Source: an uncultured Candidatus Saccharibacteria bacterium (GTDB lineage: Bacteria > Patescibacteriota > Minisyncoccia > Phycocordibacterales > UBA9973). Taken from it: DNA of 60,247 nt. Below are positions 27,307-37,186 of the stretch, piece by piece. Below the pieces are notes generated by a model, which made no database searches, was not told the DNA's origin, and worked only from the letters and a program-made list of their open reading frames with translations. Each line of letters starts with the position of its first letter. Within the stretch, counting starts at the first letter, position 1. A program made the position numbers and the translations under genes. The stretch lies in NCBI GenBank assembly GCA_964625065.1, contig CAZUZL010000006.1, positions 1 through 60,247 on the forward strand, written 5' to 3'.

Positions 27307-29316
27307 TTATTTTATCAATTTTAGAAATTCTACTTCGTCTATAATCTGCACGCCTAGTTTCTGTGCATCTTTGTATTTTGTACCTGGTTCAGTGCCAGCT
27401 AGTACATAACTGGTTTTAGTAGATACAGATCCAGAAACTTTACCGCCGTTGTCTTGTATCAACTGTTTCGCCTGGTCGCGTGCCAATGTTGGTAGCGTGC
27501 CAGTAATAACAAAAGTTTTATTGTCTAGTTTGTTACTACTTTTTACAACTTCATTTATTGTTAGTTCTTTTAATAAATTTTTATATAGTTCTACATTAAC
27601 ATCTTCAGACAGCCAGTCTAAAACACTATCGGCAACTGTGCCACCTATACCATCTACTGCAACTAAACTATCTACATCTAAATGTAAAAAGTCATTTGGT
27701 TTTGAACATGTGTTTGCAATTAACATTGCGGTTTCTTCACCAACATGGCTTATACCCAAACCATATATTAACCGTGCCAATGTTGTAGTACGTGATTGTG
27801 CAATAGATGCCAAAGTATTATCTGCACTTTTGTCGCCAAATTTTTCTAGGTCTACAAGGTTAGATTTTTTTAATTTAAATATATCTAATGCAGTAGAAAT
27901 TATGTTTTCTTCTAGTAGTTTTTCTATTATTCTGTCCCCTAGTCCAACAATGTTTAGACCTTTTTTACTTACAAAATGTATTAACTGGCCCAGTATTTGT
28001 GCAGGGCAGTTTTTATTAGGGCAGTAATATGCCACAGACTGTTCACCTACACTATTTGTTTTTTGCACAATTTCTTTACCACATTCGGGGCACTTTTTAG
28101 GCATGTGAAATGTTTTTTCTTTGCCACCACGTAATTCGGGTAATACACGAATTATTTCCGGTATAACGTCTCCGGCTTTTTTAAGTATTACAGTGTCGCC
28201 TATTTTTAAATTCAAACGATTTATTTCGTCTATGTTATGCAGTGTTGCACGCGCAACTGTAGACCCAGCCACTAATACTGGACGCATGTGTGCAACTGGT
28301 GTTATGGCGCCGGTACGGCCAACCTGAACTGCAATGTCTTCTACCACTGTAGTAACTTCTTCTGCAGGAAATTTATATGCAACAGAAAAACGCGGGGCCT
28401 TGGCAGTGTAACCAACACGTTCTGACAAAACCAAGTCTTCGAATTTTATAACAACTCCATCTACACCGTATTCGAAACTGTCGCGTATTGGTATGTATTT
28501 CTGATAGTATTTTTCTATATCATTTATACTATTTAAAAGTTTTGTTTTTTCGTTTACAGAAAAACCATTTTCTTTTAGCCATGCCAATGAACCACTTTGT
28601 GTGTTCGGGTGTATGTTTTTACCACTAATTTCTAATTTATCTATAGTATAAATAAAAGTTTGTATATTACGACCACGTGTTACATTGGCATCAAGTTGAC
28701 GTAGCGACCCTGCCGCAGCATTGCGTGTGTTTGCAAATAACTGTTCATTGTTTTTAGCACGTTCTGCATTTATTTTTTCTAAATCAGATTTTTTCATCCA
28801 GGCTTCACCCACAACAATTACATCAAAGGCGTCTGTAAGTTTTTTAGGTATGCTTTTTATTTCCAATATGTTGTGTGTTATATCTTCACCCACAGAACCA
28901 TCGCCGCGGGTTGCAGCTTGAACCAACAAACCCCTTTCGTAAGTTAATATAATTTTAAGTCCGTCTATTTTTAGTTCTGCTGTATATGTACGCGGACCTG
29001 TATAGCCAACACCACTTAAAAAACGTTCAAGTTTTTCGTCCCACTTTGTAAGTTCATCAAAATTAAAAACATTGTCATAAGACCATTGCGGTGTTTGGTG
29101 TTTTATTTTTTTAAATTTTTCTATTATAGCACCACCTATTTTCTGTGTTGGTGTGTCTGAATTTAAACCAGAATTTTGCTCTAAATTTAAAAGTTCTCGA
29201 ACAAGCGCATCGTAAGCCTCGTCAGAAATTAGAGGGGTATCGTCAGTATGGTAAAGACCCCTGTGGTAGTCCACCAGGGCACGTAACTGTTCAATTCTTT
29301 TCTTGCCAGTTGTCAT
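27307..29316 (-). CDS. ligA: NAD-dependent DNA ligase
   Basis: Adenylation motif ELKIDGL, an OB fold, the Zn finger CPECG..CPNKNCPAQ, HhH repeats and a C-terminal BRCT (FVITGTL..RDQAK..I...GGKVSGSVS). Confidence 0.95.
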   Translation of the reverse strand: MTTGKKRIEQLRALVDYHRGLYHTDDTPLISDEAYDALVRELLNLEQNSGLNSDTPTQKIGGAIIEKFKKIKHQTPQWSYDNVFNFDELTKWDEKLERFLSGVGYTGPRTYTAELKIDGLKIILTYERGLLVQAATRGDGSVGEDITHNILEIKSIPKKLTDAFDVIVVGEAWMKKSDLEKINAERAKNNEQLFANTRNAAAGSLRQLDANVTRGRNIQTFIYTIDKLEISGKNIHPNTQSGSLAWLKENGFSVNEKTKLLNSINDIEKYYQKYIPIRDSFEYGVDGVVIKFEDLVLSERVGYTAKAPRFSVAYKFPAEEVTTVVEDIAVQVGRTGAITPVAHMRPVLVAGSTVARATLHNIDEINRLNLKIGDTVILKKAGDVIPEIIRVLPELRGGKEKTFHMPKKCPECGKEIVQKTNSVGEQSVAYYCPNKNCPAQILGQLIHFVSKKGLNIVGLGDRIIEKLLEENIISTALDIFKLKKSNLVDLEKFGDKSADNTLASIAQSRTTTLARLIYGLGISHVGEETAMLIANTCSKPNDFLHLDVDSLVAVDGIGGTVADSVLDWLSEDVNVELYKNLLKELTINEVVKSSNKLDNKTFVITGTLPTLARDQAKQLIQDNGGKVSGSVSTKTSYVLAGTEPGTKYKDAQKLGVQIIDEVEFLKLIK

Positions 29317-29331
29317 ACTATACAGATTACA

Positions 29332-29847
29332 CTACTGGAAAAATACTTGCAAAGTACGTTCTAAGTGTCTGGGCGATGATGTGTCGCATGTACTATACCC
29401 GCGTACTTTTGCTGAAATAAACATATTTGTGGCGTCGAAAATTGGTTCTATGGTAAAACATGCATTATTGTTACCAATACGACCACTGTCTACATACTGA
29501 CTGTTTGCTACTGTTGGGCCATGGTTTTGGGTAAGACTAAGTATACCTAATGTAGACGTAGGTGCTGGATCTAAACAAACTATAGGTGTGTTTTGCGCAC
29601 TAACTTCAGACAAAGAATACAGACTGCATTCCATACCCGAATCTGCCATATAAAAAGCTTTGCCAGAATCTATAGCTACAGATGTAAGTAGTTTTTGTTT
29701 ATATATAATACTAGCTAAACCAAATGCAATACTAGCAATAACACTTATTATTAATATGGAAAACAACAATGCAAATCCATGGTTTACATTTTTAGTAAAC
29801 AATGTTTTATAAAACATATTAGGTTTTTTGTTTAAAATATTTTTCAT
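29332..29847 (-). CDS. minor pseudopilin-like protein lacking Glu5 (PilX/GspK-like position)
   Basis: I trimmed the start to ATG at 29847, which abuts the upstream stop. The N-terminus reads NHGFALLFSILIISVIASIAF, a prepilin-like hydrophobic segment with no E at +5. Confidence 0.5.
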   Translation of the reverse strand: MKNILNKKPNMFYKTLFTKNVNHGFALLFSILIISVIASIAFGLASIIYKQKLLTSVAIDSGKAFYMADSGMECSLYSLSEVSAQNTPIVCLDPAPTSTLGILSLTQNHGPTVANSQYVDSGRIGNNNACFTIEPIFDATNMFISAKVRGYSTCDTSSPRHLERTLQVFFQ

Positions 29848-29848
29848 A

Positions 29849-30601
29849 TTACAATTTCCAATTATAAAGTGTTTCAGTAAAAACTTTAGACCGCATACTT
29901 GCACCGTTATGCCACGACACTGTAACTTCAACCAACAACACGTCAGACCCATTTGCAAAAGAAGTTCCTGTTGGTTGTTTTAGTCTGATAGTACGTACAA
30001 AACTTGTTGGTGTACCAGTTGTACTGTGGTTTATAGTGTAGTATGGCATGCCCCCAGAAAAAGATTTTTTAACCTCAGTACAACCCAAAACGCATCCACG
30101 AACAAATGGTGCAATACCTGGTGAATTCAAACCAAAAACATCTAGTTCGCAACCTGACTGACTGTAACAGTCTACCCCACCAGCAGGGTCGCCAAATTCG
30201 TTTACTAGATTACTGTCTATACCGCGCAAAAAATCGTTCCATGTTGTGGTTGTTGTACCTTGGTGTAGTTGTGTGTCACGAATATTTCGGAAATAGTCCA
30301 ATGCTTCCTGCCCCATATATGTTGCAGTTATGTCGTTTTTACCATACGTTGCAGATGTAACACTATCTGAAACCAATGTTAATAACGCTGCAACTGTAAA
30401 AGACAGCAACAAAACAGCAACTAGAACTTCTAGTAATGTAAATGCTCTAAATCCCATCCTGCCTGAGGAGGTGAGCTTGGGATGGGACCCAAGTGCAAGA
30501 CCTTGAGTAATGGAATTGCGAAAGGTATACCGCTTCTGTAAGAAGTGGTTGAAAGCCGGGGTGGTGGGAGGTTTTTTAAAAATAGTATTCATATTATTCA
30601 A
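29849..30601 (-). CDS. pseudopilin with prepilin-type N-terminal motif; long (53 aa) leader or misplaced start
   Basis: The motif GFRA-FTLLEVLVAVLLLSF is present. An alternative start at 30457 would give a 5-aa leader, MGFRA. Confidence 0.65.
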   Translation of the reverse strand: MNNMNTIFKKPPTTPAFNHFLQKRYTFRNSITQGLALGSHPKLTSSGRMGFRAFTLLEVLVAVLLLSFTVAALLTLVSDSVTSATYGKNDITATYMGQEALDYFRNIRDTQLHQGTTTTTWNDFLRGIDSNLVNEFGDPAGGVDCYSQSGCELDVFGLNSPGIAPFVRGCVLGCTEVKKSFSGGMPYYTINHSTTGTPTSFVRTIRLKQPTGTSFANGSDVLLVEVTVSWHNGASMRSKVFTETLYNWKL

Positions 30602-31229
30602 ATTGACGTTGCGACACTAGTGTCTGAATAAAAAATTGGGTTTGCTCAGTCGACGCATTAGCAGTGCCTTCCATAATAATTTTTACTGAAGGTTGTATAC
30701 CATCTGCAATATCAGACCCGTTTACTATAGTAATAAACTTTGTTACATCAATATCAGGCGATGTAACTGCACTACAATCTGAACCTTTTAATGTTACAGC
30801 CAGACTACCCCGTGTTATACATCTATATATAGCGCCCCGACTTGTACTGGTAGTACCTAAATAGAAAGCGTACCCGTCGGTTATTTTAGTTATAGGGTCG
30901 TACAGACCAAAAGCAAAACCTGTACCACCTGCAGAACAGTCCCCACCTACAATGTTCAACGTTGTAGTACCAGTTGAACTAATACATGTATATAATGAAC
31001 CCAATCTACCAGAACGTGTTATAGATTCTAATGTAAATTGTACATTATCTAATGCACTACGTATTGCTTGGCCTTTTTTAGATGAACGTTGTGATGCAAG
31101 CAAAGAAGTAACAGCAACTAACATAATAACTATAAAAATAGTTGTAGCCACAAGAACCTCTACTAGAGTAAAACCTTTTTTGTTTATTTTATTTTTATAA
31201 AATATTGTAGGCATATATTTATTGTACAT
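30594..31229 (-). CDS. pseudopilin (prepilin-type N-terminal cleavage/methylation domain)
   Basis: KKG-FTLVEVLVATTIFIVIMLVAV. Confidence 0.75.
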   Translation of the reverse strand: MYNKYMPTIFYKNKINKKGFTLVEVLVATTIFIVIMLVAVTSLLASQRSSKKGQAIRSALDNVQFTLESITRSGRLGSLYTCISSTGTTTLNIVGGDCSAGGTGFAFGLYDPITKITDGYAFYLGTTSTSRGAIYRCITRGSLAVTLKGSDCSAVTSPDIDVTKFITIVNGSDIADGIQPSVKIIMEGTANASTEQTQFFIQTLVSQRQFE

Positions 31230-31827
31230 TTATTTGGCCATTATTCCATACATTTACTACATACAGTCTGCCTTTTGTAGACGAAACTGTAATATGTGCA
31301 ACACTAGCTAGTGTGTATGTACATCCACCCATACCACCTGTTTGTACACAGAAATATACTTCACCTGTTGGTTTTGTAAACAAAATGGACAAACTGTCGC
31401 CCGGAGCAAGTGTGGTTGTACCACTAGTAGTATCTATACTAACTTGGCTTATACGGTCTTTGGTTTTTATTACTGTTTGTTCAATACATTCATCGATATG
31501 AGAAAACACACCACAACCAGAAGTGTGTGTGTACGTTTGGTCGTAGGGTTCTGTTTCGCCGTATAGTATAAACGAATCCCCCACACCGGCTACTATATTT
31601 ATACCGTAACCTTTTACATTAACACCTGTTGGAGTTTGTGGAACCTGAAACCCTAATGTATATGCGTTTGCTTTTCTAACTGCCAGCGCTATGTCTTGTG
31701 CTAAATTAGAAGCAGTTATACTAGAGTCAAAAGAATTAGACTGAAAAAGTACCACACTAGTAATTCCAACAAAAATGGCAATAACTACCATTAATTCTAC
31801 CAAAGTAAAGCCTTTTTTGTTTTTCAT
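31219..31827 (-). CDS. pseudopilin (prepilin-type N-terminal cleavage/methylation domain)
   Basis: MKNKKG-FTLVELMVVIAIFVGI. I set the start to the ATG that overlaps the pilD stop (TAATG). Confidence 0.75.
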   Translation of the reverse strand: MKNKKGFTLVELMVVIAIFVGITSVVLFQSNSFDSSITASNLAQDIALAVRKANAYTLGFQVPQTPTGVNVKGYGINIVAGVGDSFILYGETEPYDQTYTHTSGCGVFSHIDECIEQTVIKTKDRISQVSIDTTSGTTTLAPGDSLSILFTKPTGEVYFCVQTGGMGGCTYTLASVAHITVSSTKGRLYVVNVWNNGQINVQ

Positions 31828-32633
31828 TATGCAAACCATTCTATTATTGTAGGTAGTGTCCAACCCATTAGATAAACTACAAATAAAGCAATCAATAAAA
31901 ATGGTCCGAAAGGTAGAGCAGATTTTAAGTTTAAAGTTTTTCTGTTTTTTATTTTACCAATTAGCATAACCATAATTCCATATATTGCACCTATCCAAAA
32001 TGCTAACATTAAAGCTGTCAAACCTTTTGAAAAACCCAGCACTGTACCCATTAATATTGCAATTAACACGTCGCCAAAACCCATCCATCTTTCTTTAGAC
32101 AAAAAGTACAACAACCATAGTGGCAACGCCACTACAACTATACATATTAATATGTTTGTTATCGGTGCACCTGATACAACACGTAACACAAAAGCAAGAG
32201 CAATAGACAAATATACGAACAAACTTGGTATCATTTTATGGCGTATGTCATACACAGCCATAACAACACACAATGACCACAAAAACATGTAGCCTACTAA
32301 GTACATGACAAATACAGAAGAATCGAAACTATACATAGTGCCTAGGTGGTATGTAGTCAATAAAAATATTACAGCTGTTAATAGTTCTACAATTGGGTAT
32401 TGCCATGCTATACGGCTTTTACAGTTTCTGCATCGGCCTAACTGTATAATAAAAGATACCAGTGGTATAAGTTCGTACCATTCTAGTTTTTTACTACAAG
32501 AAAAACACATTGAACGACCTTCGTCGAAACGCATACCTGTATTAAAACGGTATATTACTACGTTTAGAAAACTACCTATAGTGGTGCCTAAACAAAGTAT
32601 AAATGCATAAAAAATGATTCCGTATATGTCCAT
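31827..32633 (-). CDS. pilD: prepilin peptidase (A24 family)
   Basis: N-terminal CxxC..CxxC zinc motif (CFSCSKKL..CRNCKSRI), WQYPIVELLTA, the catalytic Asp context GFGDV, and a polytopic membrane profile. Confidence 0.9.
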   Translation of the reverse strand: MDIYGIIFYAFILCLGTTIGSFLNVVIYRFNTGMRFDEGRSMCFSCSKKLEWYELIPLVSFIIQLGRCRNCKSRIAWQYPIVELLTAVIFLLTTYHLGTMYSFDSSVFVMYLVGYMFLWSLCVVMAVYDIRHKMIPSLFVYLSIALAFVLRVVSGAPITNILICIVVVALPLWLLYFLSKERWMGFGDVLIAILMGTVLGFSKGLTALMLAFWIGAIYGIMVMLIGKIKNRKTLNLKSALPFGPFLLIALFVVYLMGWTLPTIIEWFA

Positions 32634-32681
32634 AGTATTATTATACTATTTTTTCAGGAAAAGACACAGTAGAAACGTAAA

Positions 32682-33140
32682 CTATTTACAGTTTGTGCCT
32701 ACAAATGCAGTAGACGCATCACCTGCTGTAACTGCAACTATTTTACCAGCATTGTTAGCATCTATACAGTAGGCTTTGGCAGAATTTGTTTTTAAAACAG
32801 AAGCAATAGCAAACGAACCAGGTGTTGCTACACAACTTATACTTTTTAGTGTTGTTCCGTTTTGGTCGTCTATTTGTTTTATTTCTGCGGCTATAGTTAC
32901 ATCCGCAAACAATGTACCGGTAGTTGGCAAACATACTGATGTCGCTGTACCGTAGCCTAGATACTTGTCGTTATAAATCTGTGCTTGAGTTCTGGCATTA
33001 ACCAAACTACTTTTTATAGCGGCATCAACACTGGTTGCACGACCTGAATTTAAAGACCCAGTTATAACCGCTGCTAGTACAGATATAATACCTATTACTA
33101 CCAGTAATTCCATCAACGTAAATGCTTGTAATTTTTTCAT
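32682..33140 (-). CDS. type IV pilin, Ala at the -1 cleavage position
   Basis: MKKLQA-FTLMELLVVIGIISVLAAV. A C-terminal Cys pair (C..C) is present, as in the two neighbouring pilins. Confidence 0.8.
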   Translation of the reverse strand: MKKLQAFTLMELLVVIGIISVLAAVITGSLNSGRATSVDAAIKSSLVNARTQAQIYNDKYLGYGTATSVCLPTTGTLFADVTIAAEIKQIDDQNGTTLKSISCVATPGSFAIASVLKTNSAKAYCIDANNAGKIVAVTAGDASTAFVGTNCK

Positions 33141-33179
33141 ATATTTTAATTATACCTATTGTATAAATTTAAACAATCG

Positions 33180-33214
33180 GATAAAACAAATAACTGCGCA
33201 AGGCAGTTATTTGT
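33180..33214 (-). terminator. intrinsic terminator after pilin gene
   Basis: ACAAATAACTGC/GCAGTTATTTGT stem. Confidence 0.55.
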
Positions 33215-33244
33215 TAAAACTATTTAAAAAACTAAAGACATTGT

Positions 33245-33718
33245 TTATAAACAAAGTGAACCAGAGATAGCCGAAGCCGAGTCACCAGCAGTAGAAACAA
33301 CTTCGATTTTTCCTTTACCATTTGAATCTATACAGTACACATTTTTTGCACCATTACTTTTTAATGCTGAAGCAATAGCATAATTGTCGGAGGTTGAAGA
33401 ACAACTAACATTATATGCACCATTTTGTGTTTCAACCTGAGCAATTGCTGCGGCAATAGTTGGGTCTAAAAATAACGAAGACGCACCACTACAAGTAGTT
33501 GAAGGTGTTCCGTAACTCCAAGTATGGTCGTCATAATAAAGCGCGGCTTGCGAACGAATATTTGCCAAATTAGCTTTAATAGATGCATCTGAACCCTTAC
33601 CTCTGGCAGAATTCAAAGAAGCCAAAACCACACTGGCAAGAATACCGATAATTGCGATAACAACCAACAATTCGATAAGTGTAAAACCTTTACTATTATT
33701 TATATTCGTTTTCTTCAT
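33245..33718 (-). CDS. type IV pilin (major-pilin candidate)
   Basis: SKG-FTLIELLVVIAIIGILASVVLASLNSARGKG, and conserved C-terminal disulfide cysteines. Confidence 0.85.
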   Translation of the reverse strand: MKKTNINNSKGFTLIELLVVIAIIGILASVVLASLNSARGKGSDASIKANLANIRSQAALYYDDHTWSYGTPSTTCSGASSLFLDPTIAAAIAQVETQNGAYNVSCSSTSDNYAIASALKSNGAKNVYCIDSNGKGKIEVVSTAGDSASAISGSLCL

Positions 33719-33742
33719 TCTGTAATTATACTCTATATTTAA

Positions 33743-33775
33743 AAAAACAAAAACCGCTAATAGCGGTTTTTGTTT
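33743..33775 (-). terminator. intrinsic terminator after pilin gene
   Basis: AAACCGCT/AGCGGTTT stem with T-run. Confidence 0.6.
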
Positions 33776-33789
33776 AAGCTTTATAAAAA

Positions 33790-34263
33790 TTATTTACAAA
33801 GTCCTGTTGTTGTACTAATAGCGTCTGAAGCTACTCCAGATGCTACAGCTTCTTCTTTACCTACACCGTTTGAGTCTACACAGTATGCTTTAAGAGGATT
33901 AGTTTTTAGAACTGCTGCTACTGAATATGTAGAACTTGTTGAATTACAACTAATATCGCCAACTACTGTACCGTTTTGATTATCAGCTTGAGTAATTGCG
34001 GCTGCAATAGTTGAGTCGCCGAACAATGTGCCAGCTGTTGCTGTACATGCAGTTGCTGCTGTACCATAACTTGGTGAAGTTTGATCATCATAGAACAATG
34101 CTGCTTGCGCACGAACGTTTGCTAAGTTAGCTTTAATAGCTGCGTCGGCACCTTTATTACGTGCACTGTTTAGAGATGCAAGAACTACTGATGCTAAAAT
34201 ACCGATGATGGCAATAACAACCAACAATTCGATAAGTGTAAAACCTTTGTTTTGAGTTTTCAT
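33790..34263 (-). CDS. type IV pilin (major-pilin candidate), paralog of 33245..33718
   Basis: NKG-FTLIELLVVIAIIGILASVVLASLNSARNKG. The N-terminal 45 aa are almost identical to the neighbour. Confidence 0.85.
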   Translation of the reverse strand: MKTQNKGFTLIELLVVIAIIGILASVVLASLNSARNKGADAAIKANLANVRAQAALFYDDQTSPSYGTAATACTATAGTLFGDSTIAAAITQADNQNGTVVGDISCNSTSSTYSVAAVLKTNPLKAYCVDSNGVGKEEAVASGVASDAISTTTGLCK

Positions 34264-34417
34264 GAATTAAATTTAAAATTATTAATATTTGATAATTATC
34301 ACTGTTAGTGTAAGTGGCATACATACACACGACCTGATAATACACATATTTTACCATGCTTATTATGCAAAACACAATGTATTATTACAATATGTGGATA
34401 ACTGTCAATATTAGAAA

Positions 34418-34450
34418 ACAAAAAAACACTTTTTAAAAGTGTTTTTTTGT
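34418..34450 (-). terminator. intrinsic terminator after pilC
   Basis: AACACTTTT/AAAAGTGTT stem flanked by A- and T-runs. Confidence 0.55.
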
Positions 34451-34453
34451 TTT

Positions 34454-35656
34454 CTAGCTTACACCCCCCGCAATGTTGTATATCGGCATTAAAACTGAAG
34501 TTAGTAGTATACCTACGCCTAGACCTAGGCCGACTATCATTACAGGTTCTATCAACCCAACTAATGTGTCTACTGCGTCGTCGACTTCGCGTTTGTAGAA
34601 ACGTGCAAGTGTTTTTAGTATCTGCCCCATTGAACCTGTTTCTTCACCAACTTTAATCATCTGAATTAAAATTTGTGGTACGTAAACCGAACCAGATATA
34701 CCAGCAGAAAAAGTACTACCACTTTTAACACGATCACTGGCTGTTTTAAGTATGTCTTCGTAGACAGAGTTACCAACAACGTTACCTGTAATTTCTATTG
34801 CACGAATTATGGGTATACCAGAGGCCAACATTGTGTCCATGTTGTCAGCTATTCTAGCCAAATAAACTTTTTTATAAAGTGGGCCAATTATAGGAACTGT
34901 AATTTTTATTTTATCTAAATATTTTTTACCTACTGGTTGGTTTAGTAGTACTGCCAAGTAAACACCTATTGCCACAACTGCAATCAGCATAAATATACCG
35001 TAATGCACCATGCCATTAGAAAGGCCTATAATTATTTTTGTATAGAAAGGTACGTCTTGGCCTGACTGTTCTATAATGGCTGAAAGTTTTGGTATAACCA
35101 TAACAAACATTAGAACCATAACAGTTATAAAAACACCAACGACAAAGGCCGGGTATATAAGTGCGTTTTTAGTTTTACTATTTAATGCATATTGGCGGTC
35201 AAGGTATTCTGATAAATATAGAAAAACTTCTATTAATTTACCAGATTCTTCACCAGCACGGACCATAGCAATATAAAAGGGAGAAAACACAGTTGGGTGT
35301 TTTGCCAAAGATTCTGATATTGATGTACCCGCCTGCAAGTCTTCGGCTACGCGAGCAAGTTTTTTACCCAGCGAAGGGTTTTCAGTATTTGTTGCTAAAA
35401 GTTGAAAAGCTTTCAATGCAGAAACCTGCGCTTCGAACAAGGTTGAAATCTGACGCGACATTATAACAATGTCTTTCATGGGTATTCTTTCGAACAAAAC
35501 AATCGACAAACCTTTTTTTTCTTCTACGTCGTGTATTGTTGTTACTATCAAACCACGTCGGCCAAGTGCAGACAAAGCCAAATCTCGACTTGGTGCTTCT
35601 ACAACACCTTCGGTTCTTGCACCTTTTTCATCTACTGCTTGGTAACGATAGTTCAT
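34454..35656 (-). CDS. pilC: type IV pilus platform protein PilC (GspF family)
   Basis: Two GspF-type repeats, 3 TM segments and 400 aa. Typical motifs include LATLLEAQV-like LSTLFEAQVS and GEETGSMGQIL. Confidence 0.9.
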   Translation of the reverse strand: MNYRYQAVDEKGARTEGVVEAPSRDLALSALGRRGLIVTTIHDVEEKKGLSIVLFERIPMKDIVIMSRQISTLFEAQVSALKAFQLLATNTENPSLGKKLARVAEDLQAGTSISESLAKHPTVFSPFYIAMVRAGEESGKLIEVFLYLSEYLDRQYALNSKTKNALIYPAFVVGVFITVMVLMFVMVIPKLSAIIEQSGQDVPFYTKIIIGLSNGMVHYGIFMLIAVVAIGVYLAVLLNQPVGKKYLDKIKITVPIIGPLYKKVYLARIADNMDTMLASGIPIIRAIEITGNVVGNSVYEDILKTASDRVKSGSTFSAGISGSVYVPQILIQMIKVGEETGSMGQILKTLARFYKREVDDAVDTLVGLIEPVMIVGLGLGVGILLTSVLMPIYNIAGGVS

Positions 35657-35693
35657 ATTTGTTTAGTATAACACAATGTGTTTTTAAAATTTA

Positions 35694-36737
35694 TTATTGT
35701 AAACCACGTGGGTTAGGTGAATATTGCAATGCAGATTCCATGGTAATCTGACCGGTTTTAACCAGTTCCATCAAAGAACGGTTCATGTCTACCATGCCTG
35801 ATTCAAATGAAGTTTCTACAACAACTCCTATTTCATGTGTACGTTTTTCGCGGATTAAGTTAGCTATCGCAGGTGTGTTTATTAACAGTTCATATGCTGG
35901 TACACGACCACCAGTTATACATGGTATAAGTCTTTGTGAAAATATACCTAGCAATGACGAAGATAGTTGTAAACGAACTTGGTCTTGTTGTTCTGCTGGG
36001 AACGAATCTATAATACGGTCAATGGTTTGTGCAGCATTGTTGGTGTGTAGTGTAGCTAACACCAGGTGGCCTGTTTCAGCTGCGGTTACAGCAGTGGCAA
36101 TGGTTTCTTTGTCGCGCATTTCGCCTATTAATATAACGTTTACATCTTCACGGAAAGCTGCGTTTAATGCTGTTGGAAAACTTACAGTATCTATACCGGC
36201 TTCACGTTGATGTATCAAAGATTTCTTTTGTGTGTAGATATATTCTATTGGGTCTTCTACTGTTAGTATATGTGCTGCACGTTTTGTGTTTATTATTTCT
36301 ACCATCGCAGCTAGTGTTGTAGATTTACCTTGGCCAACTGGACCAACAACAAGAAAAAACCCTTGTCTAGCCATAGCAAAGTTTTCTATGGTTGGTGGCA
36401 GTTGCAAGTCTTTTAAAGTTTTAACTTCTGGTATTAAACGAAGTGTAAAACAAGGTATACCCTTTTGTATAAAAGCGTTTCCACGTAAACGCCATTTTTC
36501 TTTATGTGTGTATGCAAAATCTGCTTCATTTGTTTCAGTAAACTTTTTATAAATACGTTCACCACAAAGTAACGCTAAAATAGAATTTGTAGTTTCTAGA
36601 TCAAGCACAGGTGCATCAGACATGTTTGTAAGTTCACCGTTTATACGCAACAGTGGTTGCATACCAACAGAAAAATGTATGTCCGAAGCCCCTTGGGCTA
36701 TCATAGTATCTATAAGTTTACTAATTATGCTTTCCAT
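35694..36737 (-). CDS. pilT: type IV pilus retraction ATPase PilT
   Basis: GASDIHF, Walker A GPVGQGKST, Asp box, Walker B ILIGEMRD, His box TGHLVLATLHTN and the AIANLIREKR PilT signature. Confidence 0.9.
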   Translation of the reverse strand: MESIISKLIDTMIAQGASDIHFSVGMQPLLRINGELTNMSDAPVLDLETTNSILALLCGERIYKKFTETNEADFAYTHKEKWRLRGNAFIQKGIPCFTLRLIPEVKTLKDLQLPPTIENFAMARQGFFLVVGPVGQGKSTTLAAMVEIINTKRAAHILTVEDPIEYIYTQKKSLIHQREAGIDTVSFPTALNAAFREDVNVILIGEMRDKETIATAVTAAETGHLVLATLHTNNAAQTIDRIIDSFPAEQQDQVRLQLSSSLLGIFSQRLIPCITGGRVPAYELLINTPAIANLIREKRTHEIGVVVETSFESGMVDMNRSLMELVKTGQITMESALQYSPNPRGLQ

Positions 36738-36738
36738 A

Positions 36739-37131
36739 CTATGAAGTTAGTTTTTTAGTTATAATACCTTCGACGTGTGTAACTACGTCTGTTGGTATAA
36801 TGTTTGCTTTTATAAGGTACCCGTCGGCATGTAGTTCTTCGCTTCTGGCTATGTCTGAAGCCTGCCCGCGGTTAGACAAGTAAACTTTTATTGCATTGTC
36901 TGCAAGGTGTTCAGTGTTTATTTTTTCTAATAGTTCAAAGCCATCCATGCCGGGCATCATTATGTCCATTAGTAATACAGCTGGTTTTAAACCATTTTTT
37001 AATTTTTCTAAAGCTGATTCTGCTGACAGTGCTGTGTCTACATTGTAGCCAGCCTGGGTAAAACGCAATGCATACATGTCTAGCAAAAAACTGTCGTCGT
37101 CGATTATAAGTATAGTGTGTTGTTCTATCAT
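36739..37131 (-). CDS. stand-alone CheY-like response-regulator receiver domain
   Basis: ILIIDDD..., the phospho-acceptor context LLMDIMMPGMDG, and the conserved Lys in GYLIKA. I trimmed the start to ATG at 37131. Confidence 0.8.
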   Translation of the reverse strand: MIEQHTILIIDDDSFLLDMYALRFTQAGYNVDTALSAESALEKLKNGLKPAVLLMDIMMPGMDGFELLEKINTEHLADNAIKVYLSNRGQASDIARSEELHADGYLIKANIIPTDVVTHVEGIITKKLTS

Positions 37132-37186
37132 AATATATAGTATACCCTGTATTAAAATTATTACAAAATAATAATACAAAAATATG

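Noticed and set aside
29848-29958. 37-codon N-terminal extension of ORF 29332..29958
   Set aside because: The extension overlaps the end of the upstream pseudopilin gene in another frame. The ATG at 29847, which abuts the upstream stop and gives a prepilin-like N-terminus, is the sensible start.
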